This document shows, piece after piece, positions 20,859 to 32,203 of a stretch of DNA of 64,000 nucleotides; the stretch's first letter is position 1; every line of letters starts with the position of its first letter. A model generated the notes under the pieces. The model was not told where the DNA came from, ran no database searches, and saw nothing but the letters and a program-made list of their open reading frames with translations. A program made the position numbers and the translations under genes. This stretch comes from Candidatus Bathyarchaeia archaeon (lineage in GTDB: Archaea > Thermoproteota > Bathyarchaeia > Bathyarchaeales > Bathycorpusculaceae): positions 165,930 through 229,929 of the forward strand of contig JBEKXL010000002.1 in the NCBI GenBank assembly GCA_049512075.1, read 5' to 3'.

Positions 20859-21317
20859 TTGGAGGCTCTTACAAGACGTTCGAGGCAACTCTTGCGGTTG
20901 CTCTGCGACAAGGGCAAGTCGACGAACACGCACACTTTACACTTGAAGCAGGATGAATTGGCGAGACAGTTGGGCATAAGCAGACAAGCTTTAAACGTTC
21001 ACTTGCGAAAGCTCAGAGACCTGAACTACATAAGGACTGGAAGAGGCTTCATAGACGTGACTGAAGAGGGGCTAAGCGCGCTCGGGATTTCCGCGACTCC
21101 TGCCTTCATATTCATCAAGGTTTCGCCTCTCAAGAGAAGCTATGTCTATGACAAGATCAAGGAGCTTGCTGTTCAAAAGGCCTTCAGAATCGCGGGCGAT
21201 GTGGATGCTCTGGTGATGACGGAAAGGGAAAATCTTGACGAAATTTTAAAGAGGCTATCCTCTATCGACGGTATACAGGACACCAAGTCGTACATTGCGA
21301 TAGAAACGATAAGATAA
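20859..21317 (+). CDS. Lrp/AsnC-type transcriptional regulator
   Basis: N-terminal HTH (QDELARQLGISRQ) and C-terminal RAM-like domain (IAGDVD, IDGIQDTKS). Confidence 0.8.
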   Translation: MEALTRRSRQLLRLLCDKGKSTNTHTLHLKQDELARQLGISRQALNVHLRKLRDLNYIRTGRGFIDVTEEGLSALGISATPAFIFIKVSPLKRSYVYDKIKELAVQKAFRIAGDVDALVMTERENLDEILKRLSSIDGIQDTKSYIAIETIR

Positions 21318-21330
21318 GGAGAGTGTCTGA

Positions 21331-22479
21331 TTGAAACTGTTTGAGTATGAAGCGAAAAATATACTTACGAAATACGGCGTTCCAGTGCCTCAAGGCGGAC
21401 TGGCGTCAGATCCTCATCAATCACGTGAAGTTGCGGCAAGGCTGAAAATGCCGGTTGCAGTTAAAGCACAGGTTTTGGTCGCGGGAAGAGGCAAGGCAGG
21501 CGGCATTCTGTTCGCCAGCTCTGTTGAAGAGACTGAGAGAACCGCGGAAAAACTGTTGAACATGCAGATAAAGGGTATACCCGTCAAAAACGTGTGGGTC
21601 GAAGAGAAAATTCAGGTGAAAAGAGAACTGTACTTCGGCCTAACCATTGACAGGTTCAGACAGCAATACGTCGCCATTGCTTCAGGCGTCGGGGGAATGG
21701 ATATAGAGGAAGTAGCCTCCAAAACCCCTGAGAGAGTGATAGCAACTCCGATAAACCCTGACTTCGGTTTTCATCCTTTTCAGGCGCGGCAGATTGCGAA
21801 AAGAATGGGGTATTCTGGCACCCAAATCTCAGAACTCGGGAGAATTATCGAAAAGCTCTACCTGGTCGGCATGGACTACGATACAGAACTGATCGAGATG
21901 AACCCGCTGGTGGAAACCTCTGACGGAAAATTCTTGGCGGCAGACGCGCGCATGATAATCGACGACAATGCCCTGTTCCGTCATCAGGAATACAGGAAGA
22001 AGCTTCTTGAAGGAGAGAGTGAACTCAGTCCGCAGGAGGTTGAAGCCGTCAAGAACGATTTAGCATACGTGAAGCTCGAAGGAAACATCGGCGTCATAGG
22101 CAACGGAGCAGGCTTGGTGATGGCGACATTGGACACTATTCAGTACTACGGCGGAAAACCAGCGAACTTTCTGGACGTTGGAGGAGGGGCGCCCTCAGAA
22201 AAAACGGCGCTTGCCCTCAAGATAGTGCTTTCAGACGCGAAGGTCAGAGTGCTTTTCATAAACATTTTGGGGGGAATCACCCGTTGCGACGAGGTTGCAA
22301 AAGGAATCTTGGAGGCTAAGGAGAAGGTCGGAGTAACGAAACCATTGGTAATCCGGCTGATGGGCACAAACGAGGAGGAGGGAAAACGGATACTGACGGA
22401 GGCTGGCATTGACGTGTTGGAAAGCATGGAAGAGGCCGCTCAGCGAACTGTTGAAATCTCCAAGACGGGGGGCGCATAA
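21331..22479 (+). CDS. sucC: Succinyl-CoA synthetase beta subunit
   Basis: MKLFEYEAK, GRGKAGG, GNGAGLVMAT, NFLDVGGG, GGITRCD. Confidence 0.95.
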   Translation: MKLFEYEAKNILTKYGVPVPQGGLASDPHQSREVAARLKMPVAVKAQVLVAGRGKAGGILFASSVEETERTAEKLLNMQIKGIPVKNVWVEEKIQVKRELYFGLTIDRFRQQYVAIASGVGGMDIEEVASKTPERVIATPINPDFGFHPFQARQIAKRMGYSGTQISELGRIIEKLYLVGMDYDTELIEMNPLVETSDGKFLAADARMIIDDNALFRHQEYRKKLLEGESELSPQEVEAVKNDLAYVKLEGNIGVIGNGAGLVMATLDTIQYYGGKPANFLDVGGGAPSEKTALALKIVLSDAKVRVLFINILGGITRCDEVAKGILEAKEKVGVTKPLVIRLMGTNEEEGKRILTEAGIDVLESMEEAAQRTVEISKTGGA

Positions 22480-22481
22480 GC

Positions 22482-23357
22482 TTGGGAATAATAATTGGCA
22501 AAGACACGCGTGCAATCGTTTGGGGAATAACTGGGACTCAGGGAAGTTTCCATACCAGGCTGATGCTAGAATACGGGACAAAAATAGTTGCGGGCGTGAC
22601 GCCGGGAAAAGGAGGAACTCGGGTTGAAGACGTGGCAGTCTACGACGCGGGTGAGGAGGCACAAGAGAAGCATCATGCTGACGCTTCAATAATCTTTGTG
22701 CCCGCTCCATTCGCTGCAGATGCAGCTCTGGAGGCCCTGGAAAACGGGATAAAAACCCTTGTGATAATAACTGAACACATTCCCATCAAAGACGCGATCA
22801 ACGTGATGGCCTATGCCAAACAGGCTAACGCAACGGTAATCGGACCTAACACTCCTGGCATAATATCGCCTGAGGCGTGTAAACTGGGCATTATGCCCTC
22901 GCACATCTTCAAGTCAGGCAGCGTGGGCATGGTTTCGCGCAGCGGAACGCTCACGTACGAAATAGCCGCGGGATTGACTCGAAAGCGGTTGGGGCAGTCT
23001 ACATGTCTCGGTTTGGGAGGAGACCCAATAACGGGACTGAATTTCATAGACGCCCTGAAGATGTTTGAAACTGATTCTCAGACGAAAGCTGTTGTCCTAA
23101 TAGGAGAGATTGGAGGCAACCTTGAAGAGTTGGCGGCAAAATACATTTCAGAGGAAGCGTATCCAAAACCCGTTGTGGCCTTCATAGCTGGACGTTCGGC
23201 TCCGCCTGGAAAACGCATGGGGCATGCGGGTGCAATCGTGATGGGCAAAGCAGGGACAGCTGAAAACAAGATTGACGCCTTAAGAAATGCTGGGGTGAAA
23301 GTGGCTGAAAAACCTAGCGATGTGGCAGAGCTTTTGGCCAAGCTGATTACAGCTTGA
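22482..23357 (+). CDS. sucD: Succinyl-CoA synthetase alpha subunit
   Basis: [29 protein letters not shown]. Confidence 0.95.
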   Translation: MGIIIGKDTRAIVWGITGTQGSFHTRLMLEYGTKIVAGVTPGKGGTRVEDVAVYDAGEEAQEKHHADASIIFVPAPFAADAALEALENGIKTLVIITEHIPIKDAINVMAYAKQANATVIGPNTPGIISPEACKLGIMPSHIFKSGSVGMVSRSGTLTYEIAAGLTRKRLGQSTCLGLGGDPITGLNFIDALKMFETDSQTKAVVLIGEIGGNLEELAAKYISEEAYPKPVVAFIAGRSAPPGKRMGHAGAIVMGKAGTAENKIDALRNAGVKVAEKPSDVAELLAKLITA

Positions 23358-23445
23358 AAGCGCCATGTGTTGCGGAGAGAGCTGGCAAAAAGTATATTTG
23401 ACACTGGAGTGTTTCACTCTTAGCTACATAAGAGAGAATGGACAA

Positions 23446-23607
23446 ATGCCGATACTTGATCCTCTGAAGAAGACTCTTGCTCAAGAACACCGGCTTCACA
23501 TGAAGATATGCCGAAAGTGCGGTGCAAGAAACGCTGCGACTGCGGTGAAATGCAGGAAATGTCACAGCAAGAACTTACGATGGAAGAAACGCGAAATCGT
23601 GAAGTAG
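23446..23607 (+). CDS. rpl40e: 50S ribosomal protein L40e
   Basis: KICRKCGARN..A.KCRKC.SKNLR.K; ATG at 23446. Confidence 0.92.
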   Translation: MPILDPLKKTLAQEHRLHMKICRKCGARNAATAVKCRKCHSKNLRWKKREIVK

Positions 23608-23626
23608 CTTCCAGTTTCTTTTTTCC

Positions 23627-24241
23627 TCAAAGGATTTTTGAAAGGTTTTCGATGTTGAAAGTTGTGTTTGCGCAGCCATTTTTTATTAACGGAACAGTTT
23701 GGCCGCTTATGTTCATAGCTTTCAGTGTTTCCCCTCCGGTTCTTACCTCTTCACCACAGGCTACTCCGATGATGCCTTCATAGTGTTTCGCGTTCAAAAT
23801 CTTTGGAATGCAAGAGCCGCCGGGCAAAATGTAAACGTCATAGCCTTTTTCCTTGGCTAACAGTTCAGCTTTTCCAACTTGACAATCCGGAGAACAGTGA
23901 GCGCAGACGTAAGATGGAAGAGACGGGTCGAAGGTTGCTTTGCATCGGCTGTCCATGAATTTTCTGGAGCAGTGAGGCAGAAGCAACGCTCTTCTCTTCG
24001 TTTGAATGAATCTTTCCCGTTCCACGAGGTTTCTGGCCTGCACATCTATGAGGTCTTCAAGGAGGGTTACGGCGTCAGACAAGTTGAGGCCTGTTGCCTC
24101 TTGAATCTTGAACTTCCTTATCATTTCTTGAACGGTTTTGCCGACCTTTCTATGCATGTCCCTTTGGTAAGCAGCCGTGGCAACTTCAGTGAAGAAGAAA
24201 CGCGATATCCTCGAAAGGTCGAACGTAAACCTGTATGGCAT
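23627..24241 (-). CDS. DUF116-like Cys-rich protein
   Basis: LLLPHC, CAHCSPDC, ILPGGS, GVAC, GCANT. Confidence 0.75.
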   Translation of the reverse strand: MPYRFTFDLSRISRFFFTEVATAAYQRDMHRKVGKTVQEMIRKFKIQEATGLNLSDAVTLLEDLIDVQARNLVERERFIQTKRRALLLPHCSRKFMDSRCKATFDPSLPSYVCAHCSPDCQVGKAELLAKEKGYDVYILPGGSCIPKILNAKHYEGIIGVACGEEVRTGGETLKAMNISGQTVPLIKNGCANTTFNIENLSKIL

Positions 24242-24321
24242 ACGCTCCTAATGGAAGAACAAACCTTTAAGATTACCTATTATTATAGTAGGGTTAAATC
24301 CAGAATATTTACGAGAAGGAG

Positions 24322-24723
24322 ATGCTTCAATTGGCAAAAACGTCTGAAAAAGGAAAAGAGAAAAGCAAAGCGAGCGCGGTAACAGCAACAAATTTGACAA
24401 CACTCGAACAAGTTTGCGGAAGCGACAAGGAGACATATCAAACCCTGTCCTACATGTTCCTTGATCCTAGGAAAATCGATGTTTCCACGAAACAGGCTGT
24501 TGACAATGCCAAAAAAGCTGAGAAGGAAAAAGACATTACAAGTGCCAGAATGTGGTATGAAGTTGCTGGCGGACTAGCAATTTACGAGGGCGACACGAAA
24601 AAAGTAGTGGAGTACTACGGTGGGGCAGAAAGGGTTACTGGTGAAAAATATCTAATCGTGAACAATCCGGATAAAGCCGTGGCCAAGGCGCAGGAATACT
24701 ATAAGCAATATTTGCACTCCTAA
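24322..24723 (+). CDS. Hypothetical helical protein
   Basis: Clean ORF with plausible composition, no recognised motif. Confidence 0.6.
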   Translation: MLQLAKTSEKGKEKSKASAVTATNLTTLEQVCGSDKETYQTLSYMFLDPRKIDVSTKQAVDNAKKAEKEKDITSARMWYEVAGGLAIYEGDTKKVVEYYGGAERVTGEKYLIVNNPDKAVAKAQEYYKQYLHS

Positions 24724-24779
24724 TGCGTGGCGAGGCGAAAAACCAAAACAGTTGCAAGCAAGGCTGTCAGACAGCGTCT

Positions 24780-25208
24780 CTATTGCTTTTCTTCTTCTTT
24801 ATACCCCAAAAGGGCCCTCAGAGATTTTGCTTCGCTTCGCAGCATGCTCACCTCGTTCTCAAGAGCGTCGACTCTTGATTCTGCAACTTTTCTCAAATTC
24901 TCAATTTCAACCATTAGACTTCCACGTTCAGTTTCTAGGGTGTTTATTTTTTCGCGAAGATTCATCAGCGTCTGCATAAGCTCCCCTTTTATGCCTTTAA
25001 TTCTTCCAACCATGTTCTTAATGTTTGCTGTCTCTCCGAGTCCAGTTTCAGTCTCCACAGCAGATCTAAACCTGGCCTTGCAGTTCGGACATTCATATAT
25101 GCCAACATGCCGGGGTTGCTCACCCTCTTTCAAAGGTTCTCTTGAAGGAATAGCCCAAGTCTTGACTGGCGTCTTGACATTATTCCCGCACTTTGGGCAA
25201 TTAACCAA
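24780..25208 (-). CDS. Cren7-like zinc-ribbon domain fused to a coiled coil
   Basis: TTG start after GGAGG; CPKC..PVKTW..VGIYECPNCKARFR followed by heptad-rich tail. Confidence 0.6.
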   Translation of the reverse strand: MVNCPKCGNNVKTPVKTWAIPSREPLKEGEQPRHVGIYECPNCKARFRSAVETETGLGETANIKNMVGRIKGIKGELMQTLMNLREKINTLETERGSLMVEIENLRKVAESRVDALENEVSMLRSEAKSLRALLGYKEEEKQ

Positions 25209-25399
25209 ATTGCTCTCCTCCTCCCCCCGGTAAACATCACACGTTTGGTCTAAAATGCGTTTTGCAATGAAAACCAAATCGAATCTGCAAGGCCAAGCTG
25301 TTGCCCGCAAACTGAAAGCTATGCCTGGCTCTTAACGAAAGGGTTCCGAGCCTTGGGCTGGAATGACGACGTTTAGCACTAAGAAAAAGGGAAGAGGGT

Positions 25400-26374
25400 T
25401 TAGAGCGTCATTTGAAATGTCAATCGTTCAACAAGCTCTTTGTAACGGTTTCGGATGGTGACCTCAGTCACTTGAGCTATCTCGGCTATCTCTCTTTGTG
25501 TTTTTCTTTCTCCGGTCAGAACTGAGGCGATATAACTTGCTGCGGCTGCGATGCCGGTTGGGCCTCGACCTGAAGTCAGCTTCAGTATTTTTGCGGCTGC
25601 CAAGATTTTGTGGGCGATTTCTTCAACTTTTCCCTGCATTGTCAGCTGGTTTGAGAACTTAGTTATGTACTGGCTTGGTTTGAGTGGTGGAATAACATAG
25701 TTGAGCTCCTTGATTAGGAAGCGGTAACTGCGGCCTACTTCCTTCTTGTTAACGCTTGACGCTTGCGCTATCTCTTCCAGTGTTCTTGCCAGCCCGCATT
25801 GTCTGCAAGCCAGATAGATGGCTGCTGCCGTTACGCCTTGAATCGATCTTCCTCGTATCAGTCGTTCTTTGACGGCTTTTCGGTAAATCACTGACGCTGT
25901 TTCAAGAATGCTTTTTGGAAGGTTCAGGTTGTTAGCGATTTTTGTAATTTCGGACAATGCAAAGGCGAGGTTCCGTTCTGTTGCGTCTGAGACTCTTATT
26001 CGACGCTGCCATTTTCGGAGACGATATACCTGCGCCTTTTGTCCGGGTGACAGGCTCTTGCCGTAAATGTCTCTGTCATGCCAGTCAATCATCGTCGATA
26101 AGCCTTTATCATGAATTGTGTACGTTAACGGCGCGCCAACCCTTGTCCTCTTGGTCCTCTGTTCATCGTCGAAAGCTCTCCATTCCGGTCCTCTGTCGGT
26201 TATCTTGGCGGCCAGCACGAAACCACAGTTCATGCAGACGAGTTCGGCACATTCGTAATCACGCATAATTCTAGTACTGCCGCACTCTGGACAGCTTTGC
26301 ACCTTCACGTGTTCAGGGCTTTGGGTTGGGGTTGCAGAAGCTGAATCTGTGCGTACTTCTTCACTATCGTCCAT
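25400..26374 (-). CDS. tfb: Transcription initiation factor IIB
   Basis: CPECG zinc ribbon, GPEWRAF, two cyclin repeats, [13 protein letters not shown]. Confidence 0.97.
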   Translation of the reverse strand: MDDSEEVRTDSASATPTQSPEHVKVQSCPECGSTRIMRDYECAELVCMNCGFVLAAKITDRGPEWRAFDDEQRTKRTRVGAPLTYTIHDKGLSTMIDWHDRDIYGKSLSPGQKAQVYRLRKWQRRIRVSDATERNLAFALSEITKIANNLNLPKSILETASVIYRKAVKERLIRGRSIQGVTAAAIYLACRQCGLARTLEEIAQASSVNKKEVGRSYRFLIKELNYVIPPLKPSQYITKFSNQLTMQGKVEEIAHKILAAAKILKLTSGRGPTGIAAAASYIASVLTGERKTQREIAEIAQVTEVTIRNRYKELVERLTFQMTL

Positions 26375-26624
26375 ACCTGTTTTTCTCCTTTCTCCTCTTT
26401 GAGGGGAGTATGTACACCGTCCTGTTAGCGAGTCTCTCAGGGTCCCGAATCGTGGGAGCTATCGTTGCGTAAGGCGAAGACACTGGACCAAGTATGTCAA
26501 AAACCTTTCCAACAGGCTTCAGATTCTCATCCACGACTGTTTCACCGATTCTGGGTACGTTTTCAATCTTTGCTATTACGTTACGGGATGGGGTTACATG
26601 GAGGATTAGGCCTAGTCTCTGCAA
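26364..26624 (-). CDS. gar1: H/ACA RNP subunit Gar1
   Basis: [15 protein letters not shown]; conserved position upstream of tfb. Confidence 0.88.
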   Translation of the reverse strand: MQRLGLILHVTPSRNVIAKIENVPRIGETVVDENLKPVGKVFDILGPVSSPYATIAPTIRDPERLANRTVYILPSKRRKEKNRYGR

Positions 26625-27402
26625 ACTTTTGAGATCCCCTCATGAAAAGCAAAGTGGTTCAACCACGCAGCCTATTTAAACCTTTCTACGTTCAGACGTT
26701 CACTATGCAGGGTTCAGACCTCCAGAATAGCTCGGGTTGGGTCTTGAGCCTGATTCTCATTGATTTGACGCTTGAAGCTTGGGAACTTTCCAAGGTAAAT
26801 CAACAGAGCAAATGAACAGGTAAGATGGGACAAAAGTGCTACCGCGGCAACTGGATCTGTTGGTGACAATTCACAGCGACAAACAGCGCATACGTGTCTC
26901 TAGATTCGGTGTTTGAGTGTGATGAGGCTGAACAGGGTTCTTATTTCGTGTGGTGTGTGTGCGTGCAACGGATGTAGGCCCGTCTATTTGGAGCCAAATA
27001 TGACTTGTCTGTCTTGGGTGTGCGGTGACGCGGGTGTTTGTTCCTTACTCCTTGTTTGAGGGGGTAAATTTTGGCCGCTTTGAGGGATGGCATATCGTGG
27101 GAGCTTAGGCAGAGCCTGCAGGAAGTGGGGTTTTCCCAAACCCAATCCCCCCTGAGAAAATGAATACCATTTTTGACCATTTTAGGAACACGCATGCGCG
27201 CTGAAGAAATGGTTGTTGTTGCAAACTGCGAGTTGATGAGAACGTCCTCAACGTTATTTCTATTGTCTCTTCTGAAAAACTCGGGAAAAATGATTGCCAT
27301 AGCATTGTTACACTGAATCGTTACTTTTCGATAGACTCAACCCTGCTTTCTCACTTGGCGCGCACATTGCGCCATTTCCACGGAAGCAACGCATTCAAAC
27401 GC

Positions 27403-28640
27403 TCATTTTTTTCTTCTTTTGAGCAGTACGATGCCTGATGTCGCGATGATTGATGTTGTTAAGATAACGACGATTGCGATGCTTATGTAGAGGGGTGATA
27501 GTTGCTGGAACACTTTTCCAATGTCTGGATACTTTGTTGGATCTGCGTATTGTAGCGGTAAGGTAGCTAGGACGGCGGCGGCTAAGCCTCGGGTCAGCAG
27601 GATGCTCATTGTTGTTCGTTCTGGGGCTAGTTCACTGCGAACCGTGGCGAGACGGACGGCTCCGAATCTTACGAGTAGCATGGTGGCAGAAAGTAATATG
27701 CCTATAATGATTATCGTGGTGTTCGCCATCGTTGCTATCACTCCTAGGTAGACGAAGAAGAATGTTCTCAGGAGAAAGGCCATTTCAGACTCAAACCTTT
27801 TCATTCCTGCGTCAACTGCTTGGGTTGCGGGCTTTCTGATCTTGAGTATTCCATAGATTTCCTTTTCGTTTCCCAGAATGATTCCGAAAAGCAGGGCGGA
27901 CAGCGCGCCGCTTCCACCCAAGAATTCTGAGAGAGCATACGCTAAGAGTACGACCCCTAACGTCAGCATATAGGAGTAGCCTGCTTTTGCTACGCGTTTC
28001 AGTACGCTCAGCCATCCTATGCCAATGATTGCGCCGAGCACGGCGCCTATCGAGAGTCTACTGGCAACTGACTTGGCTACAGTTGGAAGGTCAACGTTCG
28101 CTCTCAGCACTATCGTTTCTATGAGCACTAGGGAAATGACAATACACAAAATATCGCTCATCACGGATTCTATGCCGAGAATTGATGAGCCTTTTTTGCT
28201 CATCTCGGTCTTGGAGATCAGGGAAACCACGATGGTGCTGCTGCTGCCTCCGAGAATCGTCCCGAACAGGATGGAATACAAAGGCGAAAAGCTTGGGATC
28301 ACGGCAAAGGCCATGATTAAGCTGGTCGCTACAACGCTTGCGGTGAATCCTGTTACGGCTAGAATGATGGCCCTTGGGCTTTCTGAAAAAACACGGTAAA
28401 TGTTCAGGGCCATTCCACCGTCGAAGAGTATGAAAACTAGGGATAGAACGGCAGGTAGGGGGCGAAACTCGTCAGGGACGTCCCATCCACCAAGCGGGTC
28501 ACTGGTCCCATGAGCAGGCCTAGGATTATGAGGAACAGCATGTCGGGCAGGCCTGTGCGTTTAAACAGGTAGTTGCCCAGGAAGCCTATCACGATTATTC
28601 CGCCTGCAAGGATCAGGGCAAAGGATACGGGATCGTACAA
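27403..28640 (-). pseudogene. CPA1/NhaP-type cation:proton antiporter split by a 1-nt frameshift near 28453
   Basis: N-terminal ORF 28437..28640 continues in another frame as AVLSLVFILFDGGM; FFFVYLG and RGLAAAVLA motifs. Confidence 0.75.
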
Positions 28641-28721
28641 GCTAGAACACGATTCCTAGTAGGGTATGAAGACAATTTAAGAGTTTTTAAGAATCCGCCC
28701 GACGTTTTGGGCAGCTGGTTC

Positions 28722-29306
28722 TTACCAGATCTTGTCAACTTTCAAGTGGGCGAGAAAGCCTGCTGTGCCGCAGAAAGCGAAGAAAAGCATATTGGTTAAT
28801 TCTTCTATGCGCATGGGGTATCCCGCAAAAGCTAGGAAACCTACTATGAGGAGGAATGCTCCGTATACGGCTGCAGAGGCGAAGTTGTGGTATGTTTCTT
28901 CCGTCTTCCAGTTTAGTCTTGTTCCAGAAAACAGGAGCCAGATCAGCAAGGGAGCAAATAGTAGGATGGTGTATTTCTTATACCGCGACAGATCTTCGAT
29001 GCCTGTTTCGGACTCTTTCTTTCTTTGAATGGAGGGGAGATCTGGGAGGAAATTGCTGTAGAAGTAGATGAGGATGCTCCAGAGCATGGGGCCAAACGCG
29101 TTTTCTGTGAAGAAAGCCAGTTGTCCGAAAACGTAGACGAAACTCAGGGGGAGGATCAGCCATGCGAACACTTTGAATGATTGGCCGACGTGTTCTGTTG
29201 TCTCTTCTTTCATGCGCCATACTGGGAATTTGGATTTGATTCTTCGGTTTATGTTTTTGAAGGAGTAGAGGACAAGCCTGTAGAGGGCATCGTGCAACTC
29301 CTTCAA
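28722..29306 (-). CDS. Membrane protein, possibly YdjM-like metal-dependent hydrolase
   Basis: Multiple TM segments; LPDL, TYHN and AHLKVD motifs. Confidence 0.5.
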   Translation of the reverse strand: MKELHDALYRLVLYSFKNINRRIKSKFPVWRMKEETTEHVGQSFKVFAWLILPLSFVYVFGQLAFFTENAFGPMLWSILIYFYSNFLPDLPSIQRKKESETGIEDLSRYKKYTILLFAPLLIWLLFSGTRLNWKTEETYHNFASAAVYGAFLLIVGFLAFAGYPMRIEELTNMLFFAFCGTAGFLAHLKVDKIW

Positions 29307-29439
29307 AGCATTGCGGATTGCTCTGGAGATTCCTTTTCCCTTGGATTTTGCCGCAATCGACCACCTAACATCTACTTGGTAGATTACCGCTTTTCTTTAA
29401 CTCTTTGGAAGAAAGTGCTGCTGCGCGTGCTGGAGCGCT

Positions 29440-29835
29440 TCACGGTGGTGCATGCTGTTCTTCAGTTTTGTTCGTTTTTTCTGGTATGAATTTCAATGAG
29501 ATTGAATTCATGCAATGTCTAGTGTCCTTGGAAGTGAATCCTTCACCGGCAAAAACATGGCCTAGATGCGCGCCACATCTTGCACATTGAATTTCTGTCC
29601 TAACGCCGTCAGGGTCAGGTATTCTTTTAACTGCTCCCTTCATTTCATCGTCAAAGCTGGGCCACCCACACCCGGCATCGAACTTGCTTTTTGATTGATA
29701 GAGAGGTTCGCCGCACCTTCTACAAACGTAGGTTCCAGCAGCGAAGAGGCTCTCATATTCTCCGCTGAATGGCTTCTCTGTTCCCTTGCGGACGATGACC
29801 TTCTCTTCCTCTGGGGTCAATTCATTCAGTTTCAT
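29440..29835 (-). CDS. msrB: Methionine-R-sulfoxide reductase
   Basis: GTEKPF, GCGWPSF, HLGHVF, RHCMNS. Confidence 0.95.
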   Translation of the reverse strand: MKLNELTPEEEKVIVRKGTEKPFSGEYESLFAAGTYVCRRCGEPLYQSKSKFDAGCGWPSFDDEMKGAVKRIPDPDGVRTEIQCARCGAHLGHVFAGEGFTSKDTRHCMNSISLKFIPEKTNKTEEQHAPP

Positions 29836-29868
29836 GCTTTCACTCCTCTGACAGCGCGCGAGTGTGTC

Positions 29869-30207
29869 TTACTCGAGTTTCTCTCCGCATTTTGTGCAGA
29901 ACACAGCGTTGGGTGGGCTTTTTTCTCCGCAGCTTTTGCAAGTGATTGGTTGCCCTCTTCTATACTCTCTATAGTCTTCTCTCACATTTTTGACGGCTTT
30001 CTGTATCTCTTTGGCAGCTGTTTGGAACGCCTTTTCCAATTCTACACCCATTTTTGAAAACGCCTCTCTCAGGTCTTCCGTGGGAACGGAAACGCCTGCT
30101 TCTACACTATGTTTAGTCCTGAAACCACATTTGGTGCAGAAATTCGCGTCATCAGGAAGCTTTTCACCACAATTGGAACAGAAAACCATGAACATCGCCC
30201 ATGCCAA
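29869..30207 (-). CDS. Double zinc-ribbon protein
   Basis: CSNCG..FCTKCG and CKSCG..FCTKCG flanking a helical linker. Confidence 0.8.
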   Translation of the reverse strand: MAWAMFMVFCSNCGEKLPDDANFCTKCGFRTKHSVEAGVSVPTEDLREAFSKMGVELEKAFQTAAKEIQKAVKNVREDYREYRRGQPITCKSCGEKSPPNAVFCTKCGEKLE

Positions 30208-30514
30208 ACATTTGAAAAGAACAATTTAAGCATTGCTACACCATGATCGCGCGCGCTAAGGGGAAGAAACACCATTGGTGCAGAAAAGTTATAGCTGAAC
30301 CAGCTTATGTTTGTGCATTTGTGATCAGAATTGCTTGAAGGAAAGAATGTGAACCTTAGAATAATGGAAAGAGAAGACCTATAGCGCGCGCGCTAAAGCG
30401 TGGAACAGAAGAACTCTGAATTGGTGATTCTTCATTCTGCCACGATTATGATTTCAATTGAAGGTTCTATCACATGTCACAAGCTTTAAGGGAAAGTTTG
30501 GCAGACTATTCATC

Positions 30515-32203
30515 ATGAAAGGTAGATTGTTTCTTGTGCTGTTCCTACTCTTGTCGGTGTCCTGCCTGTCATATGCAAGATTCAGCCAAGCTGAAACAAG
30601 AGCATCGAGTAGTAGTCAACCTGTTCACAATCTTAACACACACTTAAACTACATAACAATCCAAGAAGCAATAGATGCCAATGAAACATTGAATGGACAG
30701 ACAATCCTTGTTGGAGAGGGAACGTACTCTGAGAATGTGGTGGTTAACAAGGCATTATCGCTCGTTGGAGAAAACAGAAACACCACGATTGTCGATGGTG
30801 GAAATCTGGACACTGTTGTGAAGATTGCTGTGGACGGAGTAAATCTTTCTGAGCTTACGATTCAGAATAGTGGTTCACAATGGACGCATGATTTCGGAGT
30901 AGACTTGACTTCAAGGAAAAATTCCAGAATTGACAACTGCATCATCAGAAATCATGGCTACTCGGTCTACGCTGCGTATGCACAGAACAACACTATAGCT
31001 AACAACATCATAACCAATGCCTATTCATATCCGCTCATGATTCAAAGCAGCGCACGAAACAACATTGTCATCAACAACACTATAAGTGGTAGTTCCGAAG
31101 GAGTACACATCGAAGATTCCTCGGACAATAACCTCGTGGCATACAACAGCATATCATCCATTGGCTCCGAAGGAATCTACGTTCTCGCATCGAATTCGAA
31201 CACCATAGTCAACAATGAGATTTCATTAAGCGGACACTATGTCCCAGGCTTGACTTATCCAGGAATCACCATCAGGGACTCTAGCAATAACACGGTAGCC
31301 AATAACATCATACTAAACTGTACAGGCGGAGTCATGGCTCACTCCATACACAACGACGCTCGATCCATGTATGATGTTATCGAGAACAACACCATTAGGA
31401 ACTGTGATTACGCAATAATATTGTGGCATGAAGAAGGCTCAATCGCCACCTACCATCAAGTCATCGGAAACACACTGGAGAATAATGGCTACGGCCTCTA
31501 CCTCATCGGAGTGAAAAACAACACAGTCACCCACAACAACTTCATCAAAAACTCCAAAGGACAAGTTGTCGCAGAAAACTCTACTAACACTTGGGACGAT
31601 GGTTATCCTTCAGGCGGAAACTACTGGAGCGATTACAAGGGCGTGGACATGAGCACTGGCATTTACCAGAACGAGACGGGCAGTGACGGAATAGGCGACA
31701 CACCCTGCACCATAGATACAAATAACACTGATGATTATCCATTGATGGGAACCTTCTACAGCTTCACAATAATCACTTTTCCCCCGCCTAGCAATCAATC
31801 CTTGACCATCATCAGCAATTCTAGCGTCACCAGTGTCTCTTACCTTTTGGCACGCCCTCCATTGTGGGGCCTCGGACCTGACCTACCACTCATCATCGTT
31901 TCAGTCGCTGGAGGAAGCGGGGCCGACTACTTCTGCAGATTGATACTGCCCAGGACAATCTTCTTGAACAGCTCCACCTACGCGGTTTTTGTGGATTCAC
32001 AACCCGTAAACGCTAGCGTACTATTGCCAATATCGAACAGCACTCAAGTCTACCTATACATCACATACGCCAATTCTGCGCTCCAAATAGCAGTGACAAT
32101 CCCGGAGTTTCTCTCATTCCAAATCCTGATCATATTCATGACAGCAACGATACTGGCAGCAATCGTCTACAAAAGAAAACACACTCTAGACTTAAGGCCA
32201 TAA
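30515..32203 (+). CDS. Secreted NosD/CASH beta-helix surface protein with PEF-CTERM-like anchor
   Basis: Signal peptide, TIQEAID, Asn-rich beta-helix repeats, GNYWSDY..DGIGD.P..D.YPL, C-terminal IPEF + TM + KRK. Confidence 0.85.
   Translation: MKGRLFLVLFLLLSVSCLSYARFSQAETRASSSSQPVHNLNTHLNYITIQEAIDANETLNGQTILVGEGTYSENVVVNKALSLVGENRNTTIVDGGNLDTVVKIAVDGVNLSELTIQNSGSQWTHDFGVDLTSRKNSRIDNCIIRNHGYSVYAAYAQNNTIANNIITNAYSYPLMIQSSARNNIVINNTISGSSEGVHIEDSSDNNLVAYNSISSIGSEGIYVLASNSNTIVNNEISLSGHYVPGLTYPGITIRDSSNNTVANNIILNCTGGVMAHSIHNDARSMYDVIENNTIRNCDYAIILWHEEGSIATYHQVIGNTLENNGYGLYLIGVKNNTVTHNNFIKNSKGQVVAENSTNTWDDGYPSGGNYWSDYKGVDMSTGIYQNETGSDGIGDTPCTIDTNNTDDYPLMGTFYSFTIITFPPPSNQSLTIISNSSVTSVSYLLARPPLWGLGPDLPLIIVSVAGGSGADYFCRLILPRTIFLNSSTYAVFVDSQPVNASVLLPISNSTQVYLYITYANSALQIAVTIPEFLSFQILIIFMTATILAAIVYKRKHTLDLRP

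Noticed and set aside
25323-25358. Hairpin GCCTGGCTC..GAGCCTTGGGC between tfb and the Cren7-like gene as a C/D or H/ACA RNA
   Set aside because: Box-like words nearby are not in a convincing arrangement; it could be chance or a terminator-associated structure.
27120-27155. G/C strings as an ORB replication-origin box
   Set aside because: Does not match the TTCCAGTGGAAAC-type core, and no cdc6/orc1 is adjacent.
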